Shown piece by piece: positions 43,951-60,217 of a DNA stretch of 64,000 nt (within the stretch, counting starts at the first letter, position 1; each line of letters starts with the position of its first letter). The translations under genes were made by a program, and so were the position numbers. Origin of the DNA: Eledone cirrhosa (taxonomy: Eukaryota); contig OZ024754.1 of NCBI GenBank assembly GCA_964016885.1, positions 42,842,001 to 42,906,000 on the forward strand, read 5' to 3'. The notes below the pieces were generated by a model that ran no database searches, was not told the DNA's origin, and worked only from the letters and a program-made list of their open reading frames with translations.

Positions 43951-44401
43951 CACACAGGTACAAATGCATGCGCACACACACATACATTCACACATACACA
44001 CACACGCACTCATACAGACAAACACATACACTCACACAAACACACAGACACATAGATACGGGACCACAGATAGACTGACAAACACACACACACACATAGA
44101 CACACATACACATACAGATACATACACACAGACACACACAGACAGATACACAGATACACACAGATACACACAGACACACACACATACATACACACAGACA
44201 CACACAAACCCACATACAAGCAGACACACACAGACACACATGCACATACATACACACAGACACACACATAGACAGACACACAGAGACACACAGAGACAGA
44301 CAAACACATACACATAGACACATATACATACACATACAGACACACACAGACACACAGACACACACACATGCAGACACACACATACAGACACACAGACATA
44401 C

Positions 44402-44474
44402 TTCGTTTCTGGAGACTCTGCTGTAATTTTAGATTCTCTCGTCTAAAGTCAGAAGAAAATAAACACTCCGCCAT
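44402..44474 (-). CDS. Candidate first coding exon
   Basis: CAAGATGGCGG (YY1-type start context), open frame [24 protein letters not shown], then donor GTATGT at 44401. Confidence 0.3.
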
Positions 44475-46243
44475 CTTGACTTTTCTGTCTTCGCCATCTC
44501 TTCTCTATCTTCCCCACCCACCTTCTCCCACCTTCTCCTCCTTATCATTACACCACTACACCACCACCACTACTACCACTACTACACCACCACCACCACT
44601 ACTACTACCACTACCACCCCACTACTACAACGCCACCACCACTATTACCACTACTACCACTACTACACCTCCCAACTACTACACCACCACCACCACCACC
44701 ACCACCACTACCACTACTACCGCTACTACACCACCACAACTACACCACCACTACCACTACCACTACGCCACCACTACCAACACCACCACCACTACTACCA
44801 CTGTTACATCACCACCGCCACTAGCAACACCACCACCACCACTACTACTACCACTACTACTACCACTACTAGACCACCACCACTACTACCACTGTTACAT
44901 CATCACCACCACTACCAACACCACCACCACCACCACCACCACCACTACTATTACCACTACTACTACCACTACTACACCACCACCACCACCACTACTACCA
45001 CTACTACGCCCCACCTCCACCCTCACCACCACCACCAACACCATTGTCATCACATTCTACCAGTTTATTATTAAGTACAGCTCAAGTTTCTACCGTTCTA
45101 TCGATAAAGCAGTAACAACAACAACAACAACAAAAGTAGCAGCAAGAAAATAACAGCAACAACAACAGCAACAACACCACTACCAGTGCAACAACAAGAA
45201 CAACCATCACCACCTACAGCAATAACAGCAGCAGCAGCAACAACAACAACACTATTACCACTACTATAACAACATCTCTTACAACAACACCAACGACAAC
45301 GAAAATAACAAAAACGGTACCACCACCATAACAACATCTACAGCAACAACAACAACACCAACAACAATACTACCACCACCATAACAACATCTACAGCAAC
45401 AACACCAACAACAACAACGACATCAACAAGACTACTACCACCACCATAACAACATCTACAGTAACAACACCAACAACAACAACGACATCAACAAGACTAC
45501 TACCACCACCATAACAACATCTACAGCAACAACAACAACACCAACAACAACAATACTACCACCACCATAACAACATCTACAGCAACAACAACACCAACAA
45601 CAACAACACTACCATCACCACCACCACCACCATAACATCTCCTACAGCAACAACAACAACACCACCAACAACAATACTACCACCACCATAACAACAACAC
45701 TACCACCACCACCACCACCACCATAACATCTCCTACAGCAACAACAACAACACCAACAACGACGACATCAATAAGACTACCACCACCACCACCATAACCT
45801 CTCCTACAGCAACAACAACAACAACAACAACGACAATAATAACTACAACACCACCACCAACAACACTACTACCACCATCACCAACATAGCATCATCTACA
45901 GTAATAACAATAGCAACTGCAACAACACCAACACCACCACCACCACCACCACCACCAACACCAACAACGACAATAACAACTACAACAACAACTACAACAA
46001 CACCACCAACACCAACAACGACACCAACAACAAGTTTCGCATCAAACGACAAATCTTTTTACAGAGAGATACAAGCAATTGTGAAAAAAGAAATAGAAAA
46101 TGTCGGCCGATTGTAATGGCGGTGAAAATCTACAATATGTTGGTTGTGACCAGGTTTGTTTCCGGGTGGTCACGTGTTACATGTCGTATGTATGTTGTGT
46201 AAGTTGTGTAATTTGTGACTTTCACTGAGCATGCGTGCACCTA

Positions 46244-46280
<37 letters not shown>

Positions 46281-46424
46281 ATATAGTTATCTGCTTTTTG
46301 TATATACATGTGTGTGTGTGTGTTTGTGTGTATGAATACACACAAACACACAAACATGCAGACATAAGTATATCCACTATTATATATATATATAATATAT
46401 ATAATATATATAACATACATATAT

Positions 46425-46465
<41 letters not shown>

Positions 46466-47105
46466 ACATATATACATACATATATATATATATATGATAT
46501 ATATATATATATATATTAATAAACAGTCGTTGAGTTATTTATATGTGTTGTTAGAATATGTGTGTGTGTATATACATATGTGTGTGTACATGTGTGTATG
46601 TGTGTGTATATATACCTGTGTATATATGTGTGTGTACATGTGTGTATGTGTGTATATATACATGTGTATATATGTGTGTACATGTGTGTATGTGTGTATA
46701 TATACATGTGTATATATATGTGTATATGTGTATATATGTGTATATATGTGTGTATGTGTATATGTGTGTATGTGTATATATGTATGTGTACATGTGTATA
46801 TATGTGTGTGTACATGTGTGTGTGTATGTATATATACATGTGTATATATGTGTGTGTACATGTGTGTATGTGTGTATATATACATGTGTATATGTGTGTG
46901 TATCAAAAGAATTAATGTGGACAATATGAGCAAGTAAGTTTCCATTTACGAAGAGGAAAGTTGATATGGAGAGAATAATGGAAGTTGTAAGGCATAAATA
47001 GTGAAACTGACAGATCTTAAGATGAGATAGCTGCCTAGAAGATATACTGGATATATATATACACATACATACCTTTGTTTTCTCTATGTGTGTATATTTA
47101 TATCA

Positions 47106-47198
<93 letters not shown>

Positions 47199-47206
47199 TG
47201 TATATA

Positions 47207-47247
<41 letters not shown>

Positions 47248-47283
47248 ATATATATATATATACATATATATATACAGTATATA

Positions 47284-47317
<34 letters not shown>

Positions 47318-47822
47318 CATGTGCGTGTGTATATATGCATATGTGTGTATATATGCGTATATATGCGTGTGTATATATGCATATGTATATGTGTGTATAT
47401 ATTGTATATATATATATATTGTATATATATATATTGTATATGTATATATATATATATATATATATTTAAAAACACACAGATACATGCGGACACACACATA
47501 TATACATGAATGCATCCGCACCCAACTGTGAGTTAAGGGTGCCGACTTCACCGATGTTGCTCAATGAATGACTGGGACAGACCAATTCAGTTTGAACCAG
47601 ACTGAACCAGTATCAGAGTTAAAAATACATTATGAAGAGAGAAGAAACATTTAGATATAATTAGTAATAAAATGTATCATACCTAAACTGTTCCTAAATT
47701 CCTCGACTACGTAGTTTCGTGGCATAAACAAAAACAATATATCAAAGATATAGAGTCCCTGCGAGGTCTGCCAACTTATCAAGAGGATACCTCATTTTAC
47801 TAGTCTCAAGAACGCGTATACA

Positions 47823-47857
<35 letters not shown>

Positions 47858-48476
47858 GTGTGTGTATGTATATGCATATATATATATATATAAATATATA
47901 TATATATGCATATACATACATATATATGCATATACATACATATATATGCATATATATATGTCTCTGTGTGTGTCTACATATGTTTATATATGTATATATA
48001 TTTGTGTATGTTTGTATGTGTAAGAGCACGCCCCTTAGGTCTGACAACGCCACATTCGTGTTTCGCATTGGAGAATTGATCAAGCGTCAATCTTGGAGGC
48101 ACTTGGTTGCGATGTCTTTCCTAGGGTCGTCTTCTAGCTTTGTGACTATTTCTTCCTCAAGTTTAGTTCTCTCTATCGCTACCCCTATATTAAATGTAAT
48201 CGATTCTACTCTAATTGCCCTTTTCAGGGCAAAACACCATCTGTTGTTGACGATTGTCACGTCGAGGCCCGTGTAACTTATTCACTAATCCGGTTTGTTT
48301 AAACTATGAATGCCGGGAACGACGTGTTTAGCTTCCAGTAATCGGGCCCTTGTTTATGCAGCCTATCTAAAACGACAATACAGATCACAAATTTATGATC
48401 TGTATGCCAATTTCTGCGTGCGTGTCGCATGGCTTACTGACTTTCTGTAAGAAAGGCGAGAACAATGACTTTTTAA

Positions 48477-48785
48477 GCGGAAGTGACGTGTAGGCTAGGC
48501 GGTGGACGCACTTTATTTTTCTCTCTCTCTCTGATCTAATCTATTCGATCCTCACGCAAACATTATACCAACAGAGATATTTATTTTTCCGTTGTTACGA
48601 ACCGTCTATCTTACATGGTCCTTTTAGTTAAATCGTCGAAACTACAGGCGGTCTAAAAGCTGATGAGAATATTCAATGTTTCTGAGATCTCCTCTCGTCA
48701 ATTTTTATTCCTTTTCTCCTTTCTTCCTATCACTTCTGTGGGCCATCACACTTCCAGCCGTCGACTTCTATCCTTTGAGGTAAAT
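48477..48785 (+). promoter_or_regulatory. Promoter-like island with composite ETS-CRE motif and downstream splice donor
   Basis: GCGGAAGTGACGT at 48477-48489 and GAG|GTAAAT at 48780, in CpG-rich unique sequence. Confidence 0.4.
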
Positions 48786-49392
48786 TTTACTCGACGCCGT
48801 TATTGACAGCATTTTACAGTTGTAACAGCTTCCTTGCGCTGAATTTTCTCCATTACTCTACGAATATATATATCTAAAGAGAGAGAGAGAGAGGGGGAGA
48901 GAGGGAGAGAGGGAGAGAGGGAGGGAGAGAGGGAGGGAGAGAGAGAGACATTACACACACGCACACACAAACATATAATATATATATATAGGAAGAGAGA
49001 GAGAGATATAGAGAGAGATAGTACACAGAGACACACACACAAACATATTATATATATATATAGGAAGAGAGAGAGAGAGAGAGATTACGCACACACACAC
49101 ACACACACACATACACACATACACATATATATATATATGCACAAACGTGTGTGTATATATCCGTATATACTTCAGCATTTCGGTGACAATAACTTTGAAT
49201 AAACACACGCACTTGTATGTCTGTTATATCCTCACATAAGTGCACACGTGTCTGTGATTATGATTTACTCTGACCGTAAAACGGTGTTTATTGGTTGCTG
49301 GAGTAGATAGACGTGTGCATGTATGTTAAACACACTCAAACACCGAATCATATATATATATTTATACACACATACACACACATATATATATA

Positions 49393-49469
<77 letters not shown>

Positions 49470-49498
49470 CATATATATACATGTATATACACACACAT

Positions 49499-49530
<32 letters not shown>

Positions 49531-49533
49531 TAT

Positions 49534-49596
<63 letters not shown>

Positions 49597-49717
49597 GTGT
49601 GTATGTTTGGTAGATTTCTATTTACGTAATAACAATGTATACACAAACACGATGAATCGTGTTTGTGTATATATGAGAGAGAGAGAGAGAGAGATAGATA
49701 GATAGATAGATAGAGAG

Positions 49718-49806
<89 letters not shown>

Positions 49807-50397
49807 AAGGTGTGGGTGAATACAATTTAATGTAGACAGTAAATCCATCGCGGTCAATAAAAGCTAAGTCTTGAAACCCATTTAGAAGAAATAATACTCC
49901 CAACTTTCGGTGGAAGAAAATGTAATGAGAAATAAGAACTAGAAAGAAAATGGAAGAGAATTAGGTCAAGTATGATCCACTTTACATGGTGCCAAAAAAC
50001 AAAATAAAAGGATACAAAAGAAATTATAAGTTAAATGCATTATTTAAAGGACCGCAAAACATGACTGAATAACAATTATTACTAACAAAGGTAATGAATC
50101 ACATATGAAGATTGAGCGATATATGGATATTTATGTGTATTTATCTACAATCTACAATTTACAAGCTTTCTGTTCTATTCACTCAGTAAAACTGTATCTT
50201 TACAAAGCACTTCAAGGCGCAGGTTTGTTTCTGTTTTGGTAATAGCTACATTAGTAGGATAACAGGGAGAAAGAAGACATATTTAAACAGACACAGGAAG
50301 AGAAAGCAAAGTAAATTATAAGAACAAAACCCCAGACAAACATGGCGGAAAATGAAATACATGTAGTTCCAACAAAACCCAAGTCAAACATAACAAC

Positions 50398-50494
50398 ATG
50401 GCGGAAAATGTAATACATATAGTTCCAACAACAAAGAAAACATCAGCTCGGAAGATACAATATGTCTTTGATAATCTCTACCTCTTTCTCACAG
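50398..50494 (+). CDS. Candidate first exon
   Basis: Duplicated AACATGGCGG. Open frame MAENVIHIVPTTKKTSARKIQYVFDNLYLFLT ends at CAG|GTAATC. Confidence 0.25.
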
Positions 50495-50512
50495 GTAATC
50501 TATACACTAGAA

Positions 50513-50626
50513 CAGCGGTCACCAACCTTTCGGATCTCACGGACCTCCCCGACCATTAAATTCATAATTTTAAATCCCGCGCACCACTAATATGAATTTA
50601 AAAAAAAAAGTTAAATACAGTTGTAA
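50513..50626 (+). mobile_element. hAT (Charlie-like) MITE left end
   Basis: Starts CAGCGGTCACCAACCTTT, typical of hAT TIRs. Right end not identified. Confidence 0.5.
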
Positions 50627-50805
50627 AATAACTGTTTCTACTTTAGGCACAAGGCCAGCAATTACCCAGTACATTACTGGTACTTTATTTTATCGACCCC
50701 GTAGGATGAAAGGAAAAGTTGACCTCGGCGGGATTTGAACTCAGAATGGAAAGGGCCGTAACTCTATTCGTCAAAGCATGACGTCCGACCCTCTGAGAAC
50801 TTCCA
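50627..50805 (-). mobile_element. tRNA-derived SINE
   Basis: Same family as 5195. Confidence 0.85.
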
Positions 50806-51367
50806 TTTTATTAAACAATACTGTACCTGTGTCATATTGTCGATAGATGATACATATGTGTAAAATTCTTTCATGAATGTTAGTTCTTTACTTAGTTCTT
50901 TAGAAACATTTTTAGGGGGTGCCGGGTTAAAAAATATATTTTAACCAAATATTATTTTTGTTTTATTATTAATAAAACATAAAAATTGCAAATAATGTCG
51001 TACAAGGGAAAAGGGCCAGGGGACGGCAGAAAAGGAGAACGTAAAGGAACGTAGGAAAAGTGTAAAAAAAAAATAACACGAAGTGATTTAATTGTCCCTA
51101 TATTTCGGATTTCGCATCCATCAACTGGGGCTTTTCCGAGGGGAAAAAAGTTTTGTCGGAGAGGGACAACACGTGGCCTCTACTGTTTACCACACATACA
51201 TATAAATACATACATACATACACATACACCTATATATACAAACGCCCACACCCACATATATATATTTATATATATTGTAGAGGAAAATAAAAATAAAAAG
51301 ATAACTAAGACAGAGAGCAGACGACAGAGAAACAGTGATAATAGAATGTGGCTGTGCTACTGTTAGT

Positions 51368-51459
<92 letters not shown>

Positions 51460-52133
51460 GTTAATGGCTGTGCTACCGTTAGTGTGTGTGTCTGTGTGTT
51501 ACTGTTAATGGGCGTGTTATTATTACTGTTAGTGTGTATGTATGTATGTATGTGTGTGTGTGTGTGTATGTATTACTGTTAATGGCTGTGCTACCGTTAG
51601 TGTGTGTGTATGTATGTGTGTGTGTATGTGTGTGTGTGTGTATGTGTGTGTGTATGTGTTACTGTTAATGGCTGTGCTACCGTTAGTGTGTGTGTCTGTG
51701 TGTTACTGTTAATGACTGTGTTATCATTACTGTTAGTGTGTATGTATGTATGTATGTATGTATGTATGTATGTATGTATGTATGTATGTATGTATGTATG
51801 TATGTGTATATATATATATGTGTGTGTGTGTGTAGGTAAACGCGTAAAGGATTTTATGTGTAATATTTTCCAGTATAGAATTACATTGTTTTAATCGGCG
51901 AGTGAACGGGTCAAATTTATTGTCAGTTATGAATGTAACATCTGGACGACTGGTAGGGATATTTGCAGATATGAAAACCCATGAGAAGACACTGAGTATA
52001 GAATATTAAAACAAAAACTAGTGAGATATCGTGTTACTGTGTATCATTAAAACGATTAAAAACGATGAAACAATATAACCGTGAAACTTACACGTTGATA
52101 ATAGAATGAAGAAGTGATGATAGTTAGTCATGT

Positions 52134-52197
<64 letters not shown>

Positions 52198-52298
52198 ATG
52201 AATGCATATAGGTGTGTTAATATGAATGCATATATGTATGTATATCTGTATGTAAATATGAATGTATATATGTATGTATATATATATATTAATACATA

Positions 52299-52329
<31 letters not shown>

Positions 52330-52354
52330 TATTATGAGTTCGATACTCAATACT

Positions 52355-52652
52355 GCTATACAGCCGAGAATAGCATCGTCTGATCGAACTAAGGAAGCAA
52401 TGTTTTCATCGATCTTTCCATTGCTGATACCAGCTGCCGTTCACATATACAAGATGGATTGTACCTGCAATTCAAAGAGCCAACCTTTGCACATAATGTT
52501 ACGCTGAATCTCCCTGAATCTCCCTGAGAATTACGTCAAGGGTACACGTGTTTGTGGAATGCTCACCCACTTGCATGTAAATATCACGAGAAGGCTGCTC
52601 CGTTCTTCAAACAACCGGAATACTCGACATCGAAGCTGACAGAGATACAACT
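52355..52652 (+). mobile_element. SINE body/3' region (second SINE family)
   Basis: GGGTACACGTGTTTGTGGAATGCTCACCCACTTGCATG…CACGAGAAGGCTG is shared with 3650 and 63880. Confidence 0.65.
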
Positions 52653-52717
52653 AGAACACTATTTGAAGGGCCAGACACAGAAAATTATAGATATAAATAA
52701 TTAATATAAGTTCTGTG

Positions 52718-53051
52718 GATTGGTAGTATCGGTAGAGGGTCGGACGCCATGCTTTGCAGCAAAGAGTTACGGCCCTTTATGGTCTGACACATTTACTAAG
52801 AATGCCTTCTCCTGGTTTCTTTCCTCCAGTTTGGAAAAGCATAGTCAGAGTAGGGCTGTTCAGTTTAGTAAATTTCGACACCCACATCTATTTTGCATAA
52901 AACGCAGTAGGAGACAACACCACACTCTCTATCTTCCCCTTCCTTCTCAAGTGGTATTTGAAGAAGTTGAGGGGTTACGGGGTCGATAAAATAAAGTACT
53001 AGTAATACACTGAGTAATTGCTGGCCTTGTGCCAAAAGTAGAAACAATTAT
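52718..53051 (+). mobile_element. tRNA-derived SINE split by about 185 bp of unrelated sequence
   Basis: Head at 52718-52786; tail at 52975-53051. Confidence 0.7.
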
Positions 53052-53750
53052 ATTTTAAACTGTGATAGTTGTGTTGCTAACAATTTTCTATATAAATAAA
53101 AAAACTCAACCACAAGGTTATGGTCTGAACTGTCATCGCCTCCATCTCTCTCGCCCTCTCCATCTCTCTGTAAGGTGAGCAAAAGGTGTCTCCCGTGCTG
53201 GCCTCGCACAGCCCGGCGGACAGAATGGAGAAGGCGTTTCCAAATTGTTGACTATAAAGAAACCTCAACATCTTGGAGTTTTCAAACATTTCCTTTCACT
53301 ATTTTATGAGCAATTCGCTTTTAAGATTTTTTTTTTTCAAAATGGAAGGCAGTTCACTTTAGTTATATACATCCGTTCACCTTTTGTCACTGCAAGATAT
53401 TCACAATTAGCAATGTTAATATTCCCATATATATATATCAAGCGTTAACCTAATATATACCTTCCATATACTGCACCGATTGTGTTGTTATTTCTGTTTA
53501 CCTTTTACATACACACACACACACATACACACACACACGCACACACATATATATACATACACTGTCATATTGTTAAATATTTATATTTCTTTATGTTAAT
53601 GGACAATAAATTTAGGGAAAATGACTGCTCTTCCCATAAAGAAGTGCGAGAAGGAAGAGAGAATGGATAGAAGAAGAATCACAATTTACAATATCACAAC
53701 TGATGGTGGAATTAAAAAGAAATTCGTGACAAACAAAACACAACATATAA

Positions 53751-53831
<81 letters not shown>

Positions 53832-54356
53832 TATATAAACAAAAGACAAACAGACAGAGTGATAAGTAAATATATTATGTTTAAACAGACAAACAAACGT
53901 ACAATTATGTCGGAATCACGAAGCAACTAAATACAATTGACAAAAAATATATAGAAAAATATAGAAAAAATATATAATTTATATAGAAAAAATATTTAAA
54001 ATATATAAAATATATATAAAATATATATAAAATATATAGAAAGAATATATAAAATATATATAAAATATATATAAAATATATATAAAATATATAGAAAGAA
54101 TATATAAAATATATATAAAATATATATAAAATATATATAAAATATATAGAAAATATATAGAAAATATATAGAAACTAAATAGAAAGGGTGAAAAAGCTTA
54201 GTGGCGCTCTCAAGAAGATGCTAGGTTGTGTGTTGACTGCAAAGTGACAGCATACACTAATGATGTACAACTGAATTTGGCGTGAGAAAATTAAACACAC
54301 ATACACACACACACCATGTGTGTGTATATATATAAATATATATATATGCATATATA

Positions 54357-54771
<415 letters not shown>

Positions 54772-54774
54772 CAT

Positions 54775-54871
<97 letters not shown>

Positions 54872-54872
54872 T

Positions 54873-55562
54873 CTTGGTGGTCAATCGTAAACGATGATGA
54901 CATCTTCTTTATTATTGTTCCCATCTGCCGTGGGCACGAAGGTGGCTGTGGAGGCCGATCCTTGACTTGCAGGTCCGGGGACAGTGGGGGCAAGGGAAGA
55001 GACCGGAGTCAGACTGGCAACTCCCAGAGGTTACCCCCACCTCTCGCCCATCACCGCAGGGCTTTGGGAGTGCAAGCTAAAGAAGAAACCATGTGCGGGG
55101 TTTATAGTGGGGGGAGGGCCAGTGCACAGTGAGGGTCCCACTCACTCGGCCGCAGAAGTCAGAATCCGGTGGTATGGAGGACTGTCACGACCAGGGACTT
55201 CCTTGGCTGTAGTGGATGGCCACGACGTCTGTAGTGCCTTGTTGTCGCCGCCTTCGTGACTGTTGGGACGATGTTGTCCTCCTCCACTCACTCTGCCGGG
55301 TCCAGTCTTCGCATGCAGGGGCAGGCACTCCCTATCTAACTCACCGGGGGTCTCAGACCCGTCCGGCTACCCTCATTCTGGTTCGGTCCGCCAGCCAAGG
55401 CGGTTTACCGGGGTGTGGCCGCTGTCGCATGCTACAGCTTCTTGGGGCCACAGGTGATAGCTGAGTGTCAGGTGGGACCAAATGCAGGACGAGTTGTCCT
55501 GAAAAGGGCATGGCTAGCCCCCCATACAGAGGTACATGCCCCTCCCTGACACTCCAGGCATA
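54873..55562 (-). mobile_element. Internally deleted RTE (BovB-like) element: probable GC-rich 5' UTR fused to the C-terminal zinc finger and 3' end
   Basis: Reverse complement encodes [23 protein letters not shown]…*, then a short 3' UTR GTCATCATCG…CGATTGACCACCAAG and a (TA)n tail. Confidence 0.8.
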
Positions 55563-55985
55563 CACACCTACATGTGTACATGTGTATATACATATTTACA
55601 CATTTTTGGATAGCCGTTGACTCTTATCAGTTCTTCCGCCCTTTGTCAGGTTTTGTTTTTTGTCCTGTAAACTTGGTGGGGTTGCCGGTTTAGTCGCCGA
55701 CGACCCGACCATGCGACAGGTTGTACTGGGTTACATGTTACCAGTAGCACTCAAGAGTGACCTGACACATTTGTTGTTGGAGGTGGTATTAGGGCCCCAC
55801 TAATTAAAACAACCAAGTGTTATAACCAGGTATCATTACCTTTACAATAACTACTACCTTTCACTCGTCCCCTTTCACCCCTCTTCCCTCTGCCCCCCCC
55901 CCAACCACCCTCTCCTCCTCCCCCTCCTCACCTACCTCGTCTTCATCACATTAACTCCTTAATTATCACTATTATCTCATCAATA

Positions 55986-56016
<31 letters not shown>

Positions 56017-56284
56017 CTTCTTCTTCTTCTTCTTCTTCTTCTTCTTCTTCTTCTTCTTCTTCCTCCTCCTCACCACTATATTCCCCCCCCTCTATATTCC
56101 ATATTGTGAATGGTTCAACAAATAAAACAAACAGTTAGGTATATCGATCAGCTACTATATTTACCTAGTTCAATCAACAGATCGATACCGATATTGCTAA
56201 CACTAAACTATATTTGTTGATTTGTTTCTAGGTGTAGTTAAAGAGTTCATTACAGTCTGGTAATGGGGTGGGTTTAAGTCGGGC

Positions 56285-56775
56285 GACCAGTGCTACGGCA
56301 CATTGGGCAAGACACAGACCTAGGTGGGCCTGGTCTTGTGGCCTTCTATGGCACATTGGGCAAGACACAGGCCTAGGTGGTCCTGGCCTTGTGGCCTGCT
56401 ATGGCACGTTGGTCAAGACACAGACCTAGGTGGTCCTGGCCTTGTGGACTTCTACGGCACATTGGTCAAGACACAGACCTAGGTGGTCCTGGCCTTGTGA
56501 CCTGCTATGGCACATTGGTCAAGACACAGGCCTAGGTGGTCCTGGTATTGTGGCCTGCTATGGCACGTTGGTCAAGAGCTAGGCCTAGGTGGTCCTGGCT
56601 TTGTGGTCGGTGCTACGACACGTTGGTGAAGACCCAGAACTGGGTGCTCTTGGCCTTGTGGTCAGTGCTATGACACGTTGGTCCAGAGCCAGCCTAGGTG
56701 GTCCTGGTCTTGTGACCAGTGCTATGACCTGTCGGTCAAGACCTAGGACTAGGTGGTCCTAACCTTGTGACTAGT
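56285..56775. repeat. 53-bp GC-rich minisatellite, about 9 diverging copies
   Basis: Unit TGCTATGGCACATTGGTCAAGACACAGACCTAGGTGGTCCTGGCCTTGTGGCC. Confidence 0.92.
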
Positions 56776-57119
56776 GCAACTGAAGGCAAGAGAATCCAAG
56801 ACCATAGCGGTAACAGAACTTAAGTTCAAGAGCGTGTGATCGAACAAAAAGACACGACTGTCCCAAGCGAGTGTAAGTGAGAAAAGGACTGCTAGAAGGT
56901 CAGGCGAGGGAAACAATGAGGTAGCTGACAGAGAGAGGGTGAGTGAAAGTGAAAGGGAGAAAGAGAGAGGAAAAAAGAGGGGGAAGAGTAGATAGTAACG
57001 AAATAGGTAGGCAGAGAGAGAAGACGGGTCACAGCAAAACATGATAAAATGTATCGAGAATAAGATGGCTGCGTAGTTGCTAGTTAAGGTAGGCTTAATG
57101 GAATGAGAATAAGGAGAAA

Positions 57120-57157
<38 letters not shown>

Positions 57158-57247
57158 TACCCGTTTAAACACCCGTTATCAAGGGAGTAACCTTCAAAAT
57201 TTAAATTTGTGTCTCCTATTAAACAATGATTCAAGCAAACTACAGAC

Positions 57248-57318
<71 letters not shown>

Positions 57319-57394
57319 AATGTAGGAAAGTGACAGACGAGTTGATATATATAAACAAATAGTAAAAAGGAAAAAAACATTACAACTAAATACG

Positions 57395-57459
57395 TGTCTG
57401 GTGAAAACATCAAATAATTGATACACAACGGCTTCGATGTCTTTGAAATGTACATAACA
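57395..57459 (+). ncRNA. Hammerhead-like motif (palindrome TGTACA; core variant CTGGTGA)
   Basis: TGT-CTGGTGA(57398)-aaacatc…gatgtct-GAAA(57445)-TGTACA-TA^ACA. Confidence 0.62.
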
Positions 57460-58061
57460 GGTTGATGGATTAAACTAAAGATGTATATTTAATACCGTCT
57501 CTCTTCTGTTTTAAATTATTGACACTCTGCCAATATAAGTAATACCCTATGTTACCCACGCCATGGAGTTCTTAAGTCTCATCCTATGGCTGGGTGATTG
57601 CTTGAGCAATCAACACTGATTACATAGAATTATACACACAGAAACACGCACACACACACACATATACACACATATACACATATACATACGCACACACATA
57701 CACACATGTGTGTCATACACACACATACACACGAGTGTCATACACACGAACACGCATACAAACACTTATATATGTATATGTATACGTATATATATATATG
57801 TATATATTTATATATAAACACATATACATGTATACACATGTATACACATCTTGCTAAACAAATTCAGAAACGAAACATATATATATACTTATATATATAT
57901 ATATGTATATGTATATATATATATACATATATGCATATATATATATATATACATATATGCATATATATATATATATATATACATATATGCATATATATAT
58001 ATATATATACATATATGCATATATATATGCATATATATATATATATATATATGCATATATA

Positions 58062-58151
<90 letters not shown>

Positions 58152-58175
58152 TATATATATATATATATGCATATA

Positions 58176-58217
<42 letters not shown>

Positions 58218-58392
58218 CACACACGTATATATCCGTACACACACACACACACAAATACATATATATATACTGTATATATATATATATATATATATACACT
58301 GCCACTGTGATTTTTACCGTTTACTGTTTAGTTTTCATTTTCTGTGTTACCTGATAGTGTTGTTGTATTTCCTCATATTATTGGTCTTTTAC

Positions 58393-58884
58393 AGTTGTTG
58401 TTGTTGTTGTGGTGGTGGTGGTGGTGGTGGTGGTGGTGTTGGTGTTGGTGGTGGTGGTGGTGGTGGTGTTGGTGGTGGTGGTGGTGTTATTGGTGGTGAT
58501 GGTGGTGGTGGTGGTTGTGTTGGTGGTGGTGGTGGTGTTGGTGGTGGTGTTGGTGGTGTTGTTGGTGTTGGTGTTGGTGGTGGTGGTATTGTTGGTGGTG
58601 GTGTTGGTGCTGGTGGTGGTGTTGGTGGTGGTGGTGGTGTTGGTGGTGTTGTTGGTGGTGATGGTGGTGGTGGTTGTGTTGGTGGTGGTATTGTTGGTGG
58701 TGGTGCTGGTGGTGGTGTTGGTGGTTTTGGTGGTGGTGGTGGTGTTGGTGGTGTTGTTGGTGGTGATGGTGGTGGTGGTGGTTGTGTTGGTGGTGGTATT
58801 AGTGGTGGTGGTGGTGCTGGTGCTGGTGCTGGTGTTGGTGGTGGTGGTGGTGTTGGTGGTGGTGGTGGTGGTTGTGTTGGTGTT
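58393..58884. repeat. (GGT/GTT)n triplet microsatellite
   Basis: Direct inspection. Confidence 0.95.
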
Positions 58885-59189
58885 AGACATTTTTACTGAT
58901 TCTTTCCGGTGCTTTTTTGTCTCTGCCGTCTTATAGCACCATCATCACCATCACCACATCCACTACTCCCCCACCACTCCCACTACTATTATTCTCACTT
59001 CTCCCACCACCACCACCACCACCACCACCACCACCACCACCAATTTACTTTATAATTCTTAAATGGATTCACGAAACATTTATAGGTCATCACATCTTGT
59101 CATATTGCTAGACCTCTCTCTCTGTCTCTCTCTCTCATCTCTCCCCCTCTCTCACTCACTCTCTCTGCTCCCTCTCTCTCACGATATAT

Positions 59190-59228
<39 letters not shown>

Positions 59229-59702
59229 TAAATGTATGTATGTATACAGATACGTATATACATATGTTTGTGTGTATGTATATATATATATATGTGTATA
59301 TATATATATACACATGCATACATATATATATATACATATATATATATGTATATATATATATATAATCTCATTTCTAGCTGACCATTTTCAGGACACCACA
59401 TCAACCAAACTCCAATGTTTATACCCCACCACTGCACCCCACTCTTCATACAAACTTGTATAGTTCATCTCTTTATATATATATATATATATATATATAT
59501 GGTTGAGGAGGTGGTTGGGGAGGCGGAGGAGGAGGGTAGCTGTGTTGAACGTGGGTGAGTGTGGAGAAGGAGAAGGTGGAGGAGGATAACTGAATGACCA
59601 TCTCGAGATTTGCCACAAACCTCTTGAAATAATCTAGAGAGCAATTGTAACGTTTGTTTTGGAAGATTGTTGTGGTTTCCAATCTCCGAGAGAGAGAGAG
59701 AG

Positions 59703-59759
<57 letters not shown>

Positions 59760-59872
59760 GAGAGAGAGAGAGAGAGGGAGAGAGAGAGAGAGATACAGAG
59801 CTATATATATAATTAGATAGATAGATAGATAGATATATAGATATATAGAGAGATAAAGAGAGAAATAGATAG

Positions 59873-59909
<37 letters not shown>

Positions 59910-60077
59910 TGTGGGAGGCGGTGAAATGAAGAGGTGGAGAGACAATATTTGGAATTCCTAATTTCAGAATAGATTGAGCCAGAAAAGTTCTTTCACAGAA
60001 ATAAATGTTTACAATCAGAACCTAGACCCCCCCCCCCTCACCAACATGTAAACAAATGATCCGAAAAGAATTGTGTT

Positions 60078-60189
<112 letters not shown>

Positions 60190-60217
60190 TTATATATATA
60201 TATATATATATATATTT

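Noticed and set aside
48020-48350. Protein-like minus-strand frame (…IERTKLEEEIVTKLEDD…)
   Set aside because: Contains a stop, has no recognisable motif or splice sites; left unannotated.
57706-58899. Glycine-rich structural protein ORF
   Set aside because: A (GGT)n microsatellite joined to (TA)n, with no codon diversity or exon boundaries.
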